The notes beneath the pieces are model-generated. The model saw only the letters and a list, made by a program, of their open reading frames with translations. It was not told the origin of the DNA and searched no databases. 64,000 bases of DNA from NCBI GenBank assembly GCA_964019425.1, contig OZ025782.1:248001-312000 (forward strand). Reading direction: 5' to 3'. Shown piece by piece: positions 31,678 through 43,829 of the stretch. Origin of the DNA: Flectonema sp. DT1601. Taxonomy: Eukaryota. Positions within the stretch are counted from its first letter, which is position 1, and each line of letters starts with the position of its first letter. Both the position numbers and the translations under genes were made by a program.

Positions 31678-34064
31678 TCACTCAGTAGCAGCAGGAGGTT
31701 CCTCAGCTGGCTTCTCTTCTTCTTTTGGAGTTTCTTCAGCTGCTGGTGCTTCTGCAGGAGGTTCCTCAGTTGGAGGGGTTTCCGCAGGAGTTTCTTCTTT
31801 GACTTCTTCTTCCTGCTTCGTCTCTTCCTTGGGTTCTTCCGCAGGTGGTTTTTCAGGTTCCGCAGCTGGTGTTTCCGCAGCTTCTGCTGCGGGTGTTTCT
31901 TCCGCTTTCTTCTCTTCTTCTTCAGCAGGCTTTTCCTCGGAAGGTGGGGTTTCCTCAGGTTTCTTGTCTTCGCTGGTTTCCTCAGCTGGTGCTTCCGGTT
32001 GTGCCTCTTCAGCGGGTGCTTCCTCAGCCGGTTTTTCCTCTTCTGGTGGGTTTGCGGCCGACCCTTCGGTAGGCGCTTCCTCGGCTTCGACCTTTTCCTC
32101 GGTCTCTGGGGGAGCTTCGTCCTTCTTTTCTTCCTCTGCTGGTGGTGTGGGTTCGCCGTCCTCAGCAGGTTTTGCGCCGTCTTCTTCGGAAGGTTTTTCT
32201 CCCTCTGGAGCTTCTGCTGGTTTCTCTGCAACTTCTTCTCCTGCTGGTGCTGCCTCGCCTTCTTCACCACCACCTTCACCTTCTTGTTTAGGGGCATCGG
32301 GTGACTGTTGTGAATGTTATAAAATATAAACTTTTTTATTATTATTAAGGCTTTCCAATCACCTAAAAGGGATTGCTCTACTACGTAAGATCTGTACAAA
32401 ACCATACCTGAGGTTCGTCTGTGTAACTTTCTCCAGTGGCATTTAAATCACCTTCAGGCTTTGGTTCCGCAGGTGGTGATGCAGGTTCAGCTACTTTCTC
32501 TGGTTCTGGGTCTTTGCACATTGACTTGTCTTCAGCCATCGCTGTAACATCTTCCGCAGTCAGGATTGTGTTGGATATTTTGAACCCAGCAATCTATTTA
32601 ATTATTATTTTTTTTTTCTTTTCTCTTTTATCACGATGACTTGGAAAAACAAAACACACAAACCTTTCCTAGAAATCCAGAATTAACACACTCCTCTTTG
32701 TATGAAATATTTCCAATAGTTGCAGCAGATTCTGGAGAGAGTGCGATGTCTTCTGTGAAGGTTGTTTTTTGAGATTCTGAACCATTAAGATATAAAGTAC
32801 CTTCCTTTGTGTCAGCTGAGTATGTTATAGCGACGTGAGCCCAAGTAGATTCAGTGATTTGAGAATCAGATGATGAAATCTGTTCAGCTCCGTTAAATGA
32901 GAATATAACATTCTGACTGCGGACTGACAGGTATAAGTATCCGTTTTCCTTTCCTGTTTCTCCGCAGCCAAAAATTCCGAAATCGTCATTGTCACGTTCC
33001 TCGTAGTTAGCTCCTTCAGCAAGCGACAACCAAACTGATATCGAAAATGACTCCATGAGACTTAAGCTTTCTGCTGTTCCAACATTCACAGCTTCTATCT
33101 CACCCAGAGCAATAGCCTTCTCAGAGAAGTCTTGTAGTGTTGGAGGTCCCTTTGGTTCTGGTGGAGGTGGTTCTTCTTCTTTTATTGGTTCTTCTTTTTC
33201 TTCTTCCTTTTCTTTTTCAACTTCCTTCTTTGGCGCTTCCACAGCTTCCTTTTCCTCTTTCTCTCTTCTCGCTCTTTCTTCAGATATTCTAGTTTCGTAT
33301 CCAGGGAGTACTTCGTGAAACTTTGCTTCGAACTTAACGTCGCCTACCCAGTCTTGGAGTCCTTTTGCGGTTACCATTGGCATAGAGCCTTTTTCAACAT
33401 TTAACCCAGACATGAGAACCTTGCTTTCTTCGTCGTTGAGAGATGGTGCTGTAGGTGGGAATAGACACCACACATTAATAGCTTTGCAAAACTTCTGCCA
33501 AGGAACCTCTGATTCGAGGGCACCAAACTGATCAGACCAGAGTTCGAGGAGGTCAGGGTTTGTGATGAATTCAGAGGCTGGTTTCTTCTCCTTAATAAGT
33601 TGTTTTATAGTCCTTTTGATGTAAGGAGTATTGACTCCTTCGATGCTGTTAATGTATTGACAATCTTTATAAAACAGAAATAATGGTTTTGCTTTTCCTT
33701 GTTGCTCCTGAAAACGTTCCCTCCAAGCATCTGGTAGAATGTCACGCTGTAACTCTGCTGGACGCTTAGCACTTCGAGGTGACAGTGGAGGTTCAGTAGA
33801 GGTTCGTGACTTTACATCAGTAAGAACCTGAGAGGCATTTACTTGACAAAATTTTAAACAAACTGCCTGATCATCAACTTCTTGTATAGATATATCCTTA
33901 AAGGTACTCTTCAGGACATTACACGCTCCCCAAGTACTACAATAAACATCAAGTACCGTTACACACGCTCTACCAGTTGTGTCTTTCTCATAACTTGACA
34001 GCTGCTCCATCAGCTCCGTCAAGCTGTTAACTGGAATAGTGATATCAGACTTACTTTGCGCCAT
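31678..34064 (-). CDS. Thioredoxin-like (NME8/dynein light chain type) + LamG/concanavalin-like domain + E/P/A/K-rich tail; introns 32594-32663 and 32305-32407
   Basis: VLDVYCSTWGAC, PLFLFYK..IEGVNTP; SFSISVW...WAHVAITY..GTLYLNG; three exons join in frame. Confidence 0.75.
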
Positions 34065-34659
34065 TTTCTGGAGCAAAAGTGTGTCTTTTGTTTTTTTTTT
34101 GGTACTGTAAAAAAGAAGGAAAAAAATGAAAGAAGTAATTAAATTAAAATAAAATAAAAAAATTCCCCTTGTACTCTCCAACAGCAGGTTCTACAAATAA
34201 AAATAAAAAAAATATGTTATAATACTCTAAAAGAATGGGTACAAAAAAGAAGGCATGCTTGATCTCTCTCTCTCCTCTCATGATATGATTTTAAGGAGAA
34301 TTTAACGAGAAAGTTTTTCGAGACGTAGAATCGAACTTGCCAAAATTTTAGATTCGAGAATTTTTTTTTTTTTTTTTTTTTTTTTTTCCCCTTCCCCTAT
34401 GAATTCAGACCCGAAGCACGAACTCCACAACTAACCTCTCTAAATAGGACACGGCAGAGAAGGTTTCACAATCCTGTATGGGATGCTGAATCAAGTCGCA
34501 AACCAACAGTCTGATATAAGAGAGTAGGAGAGACACGAAGTACAATTAGCTTCCCGAGAAACAACTGTCAGTGCTACATGAAGTATGAACTGCACACCAG
34601 AGAAGGTTCATTCAATCCTGTACGGGATGTTGTGTAGAAGAGAAGAAAAAAAAAACCCC

Positions 34660-35490
34660 TCACATCACCACACATGAAGTACAAACTCCACAACTAGCTT
34701 CTCTATCAATATTGATGGCGTCTCTAGTGAGGTTGTTACTCGAAGAAGCAGCTGCAGAAATAGGACACAATGGAGAAGGCTTTTTGTTAATAAAATGAGT
34801 GGTGGGTCGTTTTGTATGACCCACTGCACTGCCTACTGCGCTGTTTATAATTGGTACTGCTGACTCATTTGGATTGTAGTAGTCGGCGTCTTCACTGATG
34901 GTGTCAGTGTTGCTTTCCTTGGGACTGAATCGAGCGTTAGCATTAAGATGAGTGTGACGTGAGGCTACGGAAGCTGCGAGAACATCAGCCCTGGTTGTTG
35001 AACTGGTTATTGTTGAGTTTGTTATTCCGTCAGTCGATCGTGAATCTGACAATGACGTCACTTGTCTCAGAGATTTCAATTTCTGTAATCTCGATGACGG
35101 TGTATCAAACAAACCCTCTCTACAGTTAATTTGAGGTATAAACTGCTGAACAGGAGTTGATGGTTCCACAATATTCTTTTTTTCCTCTATCGAACTTTGT
35201 TCAGTTTTCGTAAAGTATAACACACAATCAGATACGAGTAAACCCTGCTCTATTAGACTCCTATCGTAAGTTATTTGTGACATCCTTCTTTCTGTTAACT
35301 CAAAAGGATCATCAATTTCACTATAATTATCTGGTGGATCAATGGCCCATACATCATAATCTACGACAGCATCATCCAACAGCAAGGCTTCAGAGAACAC
35401 TTCCAAGCATTCAGAGAGTGGAACGTCTAGGGGAATATCAACCTGTAAACCCTCTTCAGGAGGCCAAGCATCTCCAGTAAGACGAACCAT
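34660..35490 (-). CDS. Hypothetical protein with C-terminal CaaX (CVVM)
   Basis: ORF from MVRLTG; ends SCGVCTSCVVM*. Confidence 0.7.
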   Translation of the reverse strand: MVRLTGDAWPPEEGLQVDIPLDVPLSECLEVFSEALLLDDAVVDYDVWAIDPPDNYSEIDDPFELTERRMSQITYDRSLIEQGLLVSDCVLYFTKTEQSSIEEKKNIVEPSTPVQQFIPQINCREGLFDTPSSRLQKLKSLRQVTSLSDSRSTDGITNSTITSSTTRADVLAASVASRHTHLNANARFSPKESNTDTISEDADYYNPNESAVPIINSAVGSAVGHTKRPTTHFINKKPSPLCPISAAASSSNNLTRDAINIDREASCGVCTSCVVM

Positions 35491-35676
35491 CAAATGTAGT
35501 ATGGCTGTGACAATAAAAGAAACGTATATTGAAAAAAGATGTTTTTTTTTTTTTTTTTTGAAATATATAATATAACCTGAGACTAACACATAACTTATAA
35601 AAAACTCTATTGAACAAAGGCAAAGCAAAAAATGCTTGAAAGCAGATAAAATTCAGGGGTATTTGCGCACGCTTCG

Positions 35677-36831
35677 CTACAGAGGTATTGGAATCCTGCC
35701 TACTTCGTTCTTCACAAAGTCCCAACTAGACTTTGCTGCAGCAGATTGATAAGCTGCGCACCTTAATGATCCAGGGAGGTCATGGTCAATAAGAGAATTA
35801 GCGATCCCAAGAGAAGCATCTTCGTTGATCTTTGCTGACCAATAAGATGTTTTATGTTTACTTGGTGGTAGTAGTATAGGACCGTCCTCCATCTGTTCAA
35901 TATGTGGTTGGAGACTTAACCTATGAAACAAGAGATGAGGAATCACAGAACGAACATCTTCAGGTGTCGCAAACTCTCGACTAGTTGTGACAGATATATA
36001 AACACGGAGTAGTTTAACCGAGTTTGATAGTAGTGAGTGACTTGGTATGCTTAGGCCAACATCAGGATGTTGTCGACAGCTTCTTATACATTGCAAGAAA
36101 TACCTATGAACAGCTGACTGTATAAACACACCACTCTGGGAACTGCTCGGTAATATTTTAACTATCGCCTCCCCAGGATGGTTTTCAAGAAGTCTTTGAG
36201 CCTGTGTCGCCAATGGAGGTGGTTTCTCAGGTGTCGTTCTGGCTGCAACAGTAAATCGCTCTCTCAAACTGTGATGCATTTTTAGTAATTTTTTATCACT
36301 TACCGTTCCTAACACTGTTAAGTGATAACAAACTCTTTCACCAGCTCCATACACCTCACCATGTTGTAGGACTCCTATCAAACAGGATTGGACTTCTGGA
36401 GATGCGCGGTGAAGATTTTGAAGAAAAACTGGTCGGTTCTTTGGATGCATAGAAGTAGCACCTCTCGAACCTCCTGAAGACGCATCTGGTGATGGGAGAT
36501 CATCATCCTTTTGTAAATCAGCAGCATACAACCACTGAGCAACATCCATAACAGCTGTGCTTTGTGTTATAATCAATGATGGCATAATTCCACAGTGAAG
36601 ACCACATTCTATCTGACTTTTCAGCCTTTCATTTTCAACACGTAATTCCTCATCACCTAACTCCTCATCTTCTTCCAACGAAAACAACATATGTCCACAC
36701 TGACCTGGTTCTCTTAGTAGCAGTGAGGCAGCGCATAGATTTAAGTAAGACATATCATGTTGCATTGTGGCACTAGTCGCAAAGACGAGATACCTGTTCC
36801 TGTTTAGAAGATACCACAAAGAGATGAACAA
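35677..36831 (-). CDS. Degenerate MoxR/ChlI-like AAA+ protein (start uncertain)
   Basis: LQNLHRASPEVQSCL and ATPEDVRSVIPHLLFHRL lid motif; no Walker A seen. Confidence 0.6.
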   Translation of the reverse strand: MFISLWYLLNRNRYLVFATSATMQHDMSYLNLCAASLLLREPGQCGHMLFSLEEDEELGDEELRVENERLKSQIECGLHCGIMPSLIITQSTAVMDVAQWLYAADLQKDDDLPSPDASSGGSRGATSMHPKNRPVFLQNLHRASPEVQSCLIGVLQHGEVYGAGERVCYHLTVLGTVSDKKLLKMHHSLRERFTVAARTTPEKPPPLATQAQRLLENHPGEAIVKILPSSSQSGVFIQSAVHRYFLQCIRSCRQHPDVGLSIPSHSLLSNSVKLLRVYISVTTSREFATPEDVRSVIPHLLFHRLSLQPHIEQMEDGPILLPPSKHKTSYWSAKINEDASLGIANSLIDHDLPGSLRCAAYQSAAAKSSWDFVKNEVGRIPIPL

Positions 36832-37130
36832 CTGGTGTAGTGCTGCACCTCTATCAACACGAACATTACTTAATGTTGTAGACTGTGAATTCTGGTTAGG
36901 TTATGTCTTCACCGTGAAAAATTGTCGAATTTTTTTTTTTTTTTTTTTAAAATGATCTTTGAGGATATTGATGAACCAGTAACTGATGATTAACGAAAAC
37001 GAATGCACAGCCAAACATTCCGTGGCTGAAAATAAAACAGTTTTTTTTTTTAAATAAACGCTCTCTAACAAGCATGCTGTTTAACTCGTGTAATATATGA
37101 AAGAATACAATACAGAAACACACAACGGTA

Positions 37131-38229
37131 CTAAAACTTTGGTCCTCGACGACGACCAGTGTACTTTGTGTTGGCTCTGACGTTAACTCCCTTCTTTGCT
37201 TGTTTTTCCTTCTTCTCTATGATCCATTCTCGTGAGTATTTGTTTGTCTTGCGACGCTGTTTTATTATTTTTATTATATAGGAAGTATAAAGGTGTCGTC
37301 AAGTATTCTTTTATTAGGTCTTAATAGTACTTGTTGAGTGGAGGAGGGAAAAATAAATAAATTAAAAAAACCTTTAATTTCCCTCCACGTTTTTCAGACT
37401 CACGCATTTGTACCTTTCTTTTTGATTTTGTTCTGGTAGTGCCAGCTGTCATTCTGCTGCCAGCCATTGAAACTCTGTCAGGTGAATCGTTGCTGAGGTA
37501 GTCTGACAGAGAACTCTCTTCCTCGTACTCCTCGTCTTCTTCGTCGTCACTGTCCATGTCTTCATCGCTATCAGATTCCATTCCTGTTTTAGCTCTGATG
37601 TTCGAAAGTTCACTCTGTGGTCCGGTTGATAAAACTAAAAAATGCTTCTTAGCTCTCGTTGAATGAGGATAATCGACAACTAAACCACCAGAGAATCCAG
37701 ATCGAGTAGCCGCATGTACAATCATATTAGACTGGTGTACGTTAGCAGGATAGAATTGAAGAACTGCTTTGGCTCCACGTCGTAGAACCATGTATAGAGA
37801 ATCAAAAAACTTTTTCAAACGCAACTGAGGTATGTGTTCTTTTCTATCAGCATTGCACAACCATTGGATTGCTGAGACGCTAATCGCTCCATCGAATGAA
37901 CCCGCTCTGAATGGAAGGCCTAATCCCATGTCGTGTTGCAACATATCTCCGTCGACCTCTCTCTTTTGCGCAGCGTGAATCATATCGCGTGAGATGTCAG
38001 TTCCTATGAATCGATGACCCATCGTTTCTAAAGCCTCTCCTGACAATCCTGCACCACAACCAATATCGAGCATGAGACAACTAACGTCGTCAGGTAGATT
38101 TAATAATTCAATAGCTCTCATTGAAAGTTTTGTTTGTATGTACATCATTCTACTGTTTCTCATGTAGTTATCAGCTCCCTCTTTGTCATAAATCATCTCC
38201 GGGGGCGCGATTAATTCTGGACGCGACAT
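37131..38229 (-). CDS. BUD23: 18S rRNA m7G methyltransferase Bud23/WBSCR22; intron 37257-37371
   Basis: MSRPE..APPE, LDIGCGAGLSG, DYPHSTRAKK; spliced tail REWIIEKKE...TKYTGRRR. Confidence 0.93.
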
Positions 38230-38659
38230 TTTTGATTTAACTGTTTTTTTTTTTCTCACTTACTACTTAAACAATCTGATTAGTAGATCTGAGAGGGGAA
38301 GAGAATTGAATTTTTTTTTTTTACAATTAATAAATATATAAACTAGAAAGTGTGTTGACCAATTATCAAAAATCTGCTTAATAACGACATATTTTTTTTT
38401 TTTTTTCAAAAACTGACATCAAAGAATACAATGAGAGAATTTTTTTTTTTTTTTTTTTCCCAGAAATAAGTCTTTCGGATACTGAAATAAATCATCGCTT
38501 ATAAATCACAATAAAAGAAAGCGGACGGGGGGTGGGTTTTACACGTCTTCCTATGGGCTCCACCTAATAAAATAATTCAGGTTTGAGACAGCTGCCTCAT
38601 GGGTACTGAATATTTGGATGGTTAAACCTGAGGGAAAATACAAGGAAAGAACAACAACA

Positions 38660-38695
<36 letters not shown>

Positions 38696-39045
38696 CTTCG
38701 TTCGCAAAGTTGTTTGTTGTTTTTTTCCTCTTTTTAATTTTTAGTTTTTTTTTTTTTTTCTTTCTCCACGTTCAAATAGTCTTTACCGAACGCGAATGAC
38801 ACAAAAGAATATGGGGGAACAAAAAAAAAAAAAAAAAAAAACTAAAAATGAAAAAAATAACAACAAATCGTAATTAGCTGTTCATTTGTACTGAACTAGT
38901 AGAAAAGGGTGTGAGGGGCTGTACGACAAGACATAACATAACACTGCAGTAAAAAAAAATGTGAAAAAGAACGGGATATACAAACAAGTTGAAGGATACA
39001 AATAAAAAAATACTTATTATTTTATGTGACATCAAAAATCATTTT

Positions 39046-39136
39046 TTATGCACCAGATCCAGATCTGCCGCTTCTTCTTGGAGACAGGCTGTGTCTAAGC
39101 CTGCGAACTTCTTTAAGCGATCTAGGTGAGAGTGCT

Positions 39137-39169
<33 letters not shown>

Positions 39170-40207
39170 CCGTGAAATGTTTTATCCTCAGTAAAAACAA
39201 ATATACATACGAGCATCAATAAAACTAATAACTCCCTCAAGGTTGGCAGCTCCTTCCATGTTGAAACCCGGAGTGGTTGCAGTGGTTGAGTATGCAGTAA
39301 GAGCCTGTGGAGATTGCGACGCTACAGTTGTCGGGTTCAAAAAACCCCCAACCGGAGACACCACTGCCGGTGCAGTAAAATTAGCTGCCGGGGACGTTGC
39401 GTCAACCTTATCAGCGTGTGCCTGATATATCTGAATAATCTTTATCCAATTTCTAGCAATTGATTCCAATGACAAAGTTGGTTGAAATTCTGATAAAACT
39501 TCATAGAGTGCTTCTGGTGACTGAATGTGAAGCTGAGTACCTGTCGTAAGGGCATTACGTGAGGCCTCAACCTGCGACAAAGAACAGCGCATCTTCTGCT
39601 TTAAGAGGTTAATCGAATCGATTTGAGTGTTCGAAATCGGAACAGGTGGAGGAACAACCGCCGCTGGAAGACCAGCCAACATAATAGGAGGTGGTGGTGG
39701 TGGCATTACTGCCGCAGCTACCACAGGTTCTGGGATTGGTAGAATACCAACACTCGCTGCTGTGGCTATTAATCTCAAGTTGTGAGGAGGGATGTCGAAA
39801 ACATCTGCAGCATCTCTGTGGTGAAATTGAACTAAAACCTTATCTGATTGATGTCCCATAACTGTTCCTCGAAGACCGTTGTACTCAACTGAGTTTTGAA
39901 GACCGAGAGCCTCGATTTCACATCCAACAGGAAACATAATCCTACCAGCGTCAATACCACCCGGAAGAAGTGAACTCTCTACAGCAGTTGGCATCATTGA
40001 CGTTGCAGCTACTGGAGCAGCAGTCATAACACCAGCAGTCGCTGCTCCAGATTCTCCGATGCTCAATTGCTGATGCTCTGTTCCAGCTCTGTATCCCGGT
40101 TGAACCTTGCAGCTCTTCTTCAATCTGTGCAACGATGTTGGAGACAGCGGCTGATCAATAAAAGAAATCACCTCGTTGATAAATTGTTGGTTTTGTGGAG
40201 AATCCAT
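39046..40207 (-). CDS. Hypothetical protein with KOW/SH3-like domain and repeated VISFID.PLSP motif; intron 39135-39210
   Basis: GLQNSVEYNGLRGTV..HNL; splicing restores VISFIDAPLSP, matching the N-terminal VISFIDQPLSP. Confidence 0.75.
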
Positions 40208-40600
40208 TTTCTTTAAATATGTTATTATTTCCCTCCTTTTTTTGCTTCTTTGCAGTAGTGGAAAGTTGATAGCTTACAAGCTGGACAGAAAAAAAAAGAG
40301 AAATAATTGTTTTGATATTTTGTTTAAAATAAAAATAAAAAAACAGATCATAACTACACTTCACATATTTCAATGAAGAATACCTGTTCAACTGAATAAT
40401 AGTTTAGTTATTTTTACAAACATTTTGACTCCAAAACACTGAGCAATAGCACATTTATGTAGGCTCAATGAACAGCTATTTTGGGTGCTGTTTTAACATG
40501 TGAGCGAACACAAAAAATAGATAACTACGACAACAACCAGATAATCAGAACAGAAATAATAAAAGAAAAAGAAAAAAGTAAATAACCCTCATCAAAAGAA

Positions 40601-41636
40601 TTATTCCATTGAATCATCTGTGTCGTCAGCTGAATCGAAAGTGTTTGCCGAAAAGTGACTCCCTCTCGACGCTCTTGTTGGAAATACTTTCTTTCGATCA
40701 TTAGCACGTTGACTACGGTAACGAGATATTTCATCTACCAGACGGGCATTTAATTTTTTGACTGCCCGGAATTGCTCTCCGCCTTCCCATTCTTGGATTG
40801 CCAATAATAACAAGGACAGGTATGCTGCAAGAGTTCGAGGATCAGAAATAACATCCACACCCGTAGCTGGTTTCGGTATTCCGAGTCGTTGAGCACTCAC
40901 AGTGAGAGCTTTTCTTATATTTTCAACTCCTTTCGAAGGAGACAGATTATGAAAATCAATCCAACTAGAAGAGCAATCGTGGAGGAGAGAACAGAGAGCG
41001 AGACCGTTAGACCAACCTGAACGAAACTCATCGAGATTCTGCGACGAGTACGACGTACCGGAATCGAACCTGCGCTTCACTCTGAGCCACATTTCCTGTT
41101 GAAATGTAGAATCAATACCCCCCAAGTTAGCATTGCTGCTGAAGTCAGCAGTGCTAATGGTCGGCATGCCAGTCCCTCGATCTTCTAGTTTCTTTTTTAC
41201 AACTCTCCTCTTTGCTTTCTCAGGTTGAGTTGTGTCCGCTCCCGGAAATGAATCACTAGTAGACTTAACAGGACTGTGTCTTGTTACGACTTTTGTCTTT
41301 ATTCTTCTCTTTGATGTTCTCGTAGGCGAAGAAGGAACTCGGATCACTTCTAAAACTGGAGCATCTTCTAACTGTCTGTCTCCAGTAGGCCATTCTGCAT
41401 CGCCCTCAGCATCAGGATCCTTGGTTGGGGATGTTGGGACCTGTTGGGTAATTACAGTCAGTTATGTGAAAGAAAAAACTAATAAACGTTAATTCACATA
41501 CCTGTTGTAGATATTTCAACTCGTTTCTTGAAACTCTACTGCCGTCAAGACTGAACTCAGAAGGGTTGAGAAGCTCTGTAAAGATCTCCAGAATCTGATT
41601 GGTTTTTGTTACGTTTCCTTTTTCTCTAAATTTTTC

Positions 41637-41667
<31 letters not shown>

Positions 41668-42741
41668 AACTTGCCGAGTACTCTTCACCGTCGAGATATT
41701 ATAAATTGGATTTCCAGTGAGGGTAATCGACATTAATTTTTCCAATCTCGCAAGAGACTGGAGTTCTTCGAATTCCTCAACCTGACAATTTTGAGCATTC
41801 AACACAATCAGTGAACTAAGCCATGGTCCTATTCCCTTAAGAGACGAAATCGGATTTCCAGAAACATCCAAGGACTCTATCACTTTAATATGAAGGTTTC
41901 CGTTATTTTCATATAAAAAGTCAAGGCTCTCTATGTTGTTATTTGAGATGTCGAGTGTACCTAGAAGAGGTAGAGATCCTAATTTTGAAACGTCAGAAAT
42001 TTTATTTTGAGATAGACTCAGAGCTTGTAAACTAACAAGTGACTGAATATCAACAGGGAGTTCAGTCCATCCGCAATTTATAATTTCTAAACGTACTAAA
42101 TTCAAACAATATTTCGACAACAAAGACGAACTAACAATCGATTCCGTTGCAGTAACTCCCAGTAAAGTCGAGGATAGCCCATGCAGAATATTACTAGCAT
42201 TGCAGGACACCATTTCAATTTCGGTACACTGTGGAAACACTTTTGCCGGCAAGTCATCAGAAAAAGCAGCTTCATCATCAAGAGTGAGCGACGTAACATT
42301 ATCCCCAGACTTAACGTGTATGACCTGAATTCCAGTTATTTGAAGCCTTTCTGCCTTTGGAAATAGTTCCAAGTTGATTTCTGAAAGCTCCGTTTCATCA
42401 GTCTGTGATGCATCTTTTTTAAAACGGATTGCTTGCAATTTTCCAAAAAAATCTGTCACATCATTTAAAGGTGTGTGCTGCTGCTCCTCAGAGCTGCAGT
42501 GTCTCTTTTGTTCTCTTGATAAGGCGTTTATGTGTCTCGCTGTTTTTGTTAGTAAGGCAAATGAGTTCTTGCCTTGTAAAACATCACCTCCACCATTTTT
42601 TATGAATCTCCGCAATGCAGCAACAGTTTCGTCAGCATTGTCTTCAGAAGAACGTTTGTCTTTCTTGAGAGAAGCGAACAGATTTCTTCCCTTGGAAAAA
42701 ATATCTTTTATATTCGTGTTCTCATCAGGGTGATCAGCCAT
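40601..42741 (-). CDS. Leucine-rich-repeat protein with C-terminal calponin-homology domain; introns 41595-41667 and 41441-41501
   Basis: LxxLxLxxN repeats with LRRcap; SGWSNGLALCSLLH CH motif; three exons join in frame. Confidence 0.8.
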
Positions 42742-43829
42742 AATTATGTTGTGTTCCCCCCAACCTGTTGTTTTGTCTATTATAAATAAACATCTTTGAT
42801 TAAGGTATTTAGTATCATATGTAAAGTAATCATCTGCATGATTGCTTTTTTCTCCCTTATTTTTTTTAAAATACCAATGCTTTAACTTGCATGGGGTGGG
42901 TGTGATAACTTATTATTTCCTTTACCTAATTTATTATCTGTTTATTTTTTTTTTTTTTTTTAAAAAAACTATTTTTTATTATTTTTTTTTTTTTTTTTTC
43001 CCTCTCGAAGCGGCATTCGTAAGGGTATAAGAATCCATCCGCATGACCTGATTTTTTTTTTAAAAAAAAAAAAAAAAAAGAAAAAACCAACCAACAGAAA
43101 AAAAGAAAGAAAAAAAAGGATGGGGATGGCAGTAAGCGAACCGCCGCTAACAGAATCTATTTTTTTTTTTTTTTTTTTTTTAAATTTGTCAGCCAAAAAA
43201 AAAAAAAAAAAAAAAAAAAAGAAAAAATAATAAAGTTAGAAACTCAATTTCAGTAAGAATCCAAAAAAAAAAGACTGCCAACAGCCCAGGAGGAAAAAAA
43301 AAAAGAGGAAAAAAAAGCGCGGGTAGAGAGAAAAGATCTAATAAAGAGCAAGAAATCAGAAGCCTTGAGTGATACTGCAGCCATTTCTTACGGTGGTCTT
43401 GTTTTTTTTTTTTTGGTTTTTTTCTCAAATGGGGGTGGAGAGCTAAACTACAGTCCCTCAGCGGAATAAGTAAACCCGTCATACACCCCTGCGATACCAA
43501 TTTAAATGGGATGACCAAAAAAAAAAAAAAGAAATAATCACGCTAACAGGGGGAATCGAAAAAAGGAAAAACAGCATGACAATCTTAAAAGCAATCAACT
43601 CGAAGCCGAACACTTGCCCAGCCACGACGGTTCTTACGACCGCATCTGGAAAATAAAAAAATTACAGCGCAAAAGCAATAAGGAAAACAAGGGGTGCAGG
43701 AGGGGATCTTCCTGTTACCAAAGTGAGCCTACCCACGAGAGTACTATAATAAGCTATAACTGATTACGGATCTACTGGTCAGATGACTTGTTTTTCCTGT
43801 TTGTTTTGTTTTGGTTGTGGTGTTGTATC

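Noticed and set aside
31584..32405. 273-aa Lys/Arg-rich ORF
   Set aside because: Wrong frame of the EPAK-rich last exon (32304-31678) of the thioredoxin-like gene.
42840..43520. Poly-Phe/Lys ORFs in spacers (also 50433-51472, 56035-56681, 60245-60505, 61600-62219)
   Set aside because: Translations of A/T homopolymer tracts.
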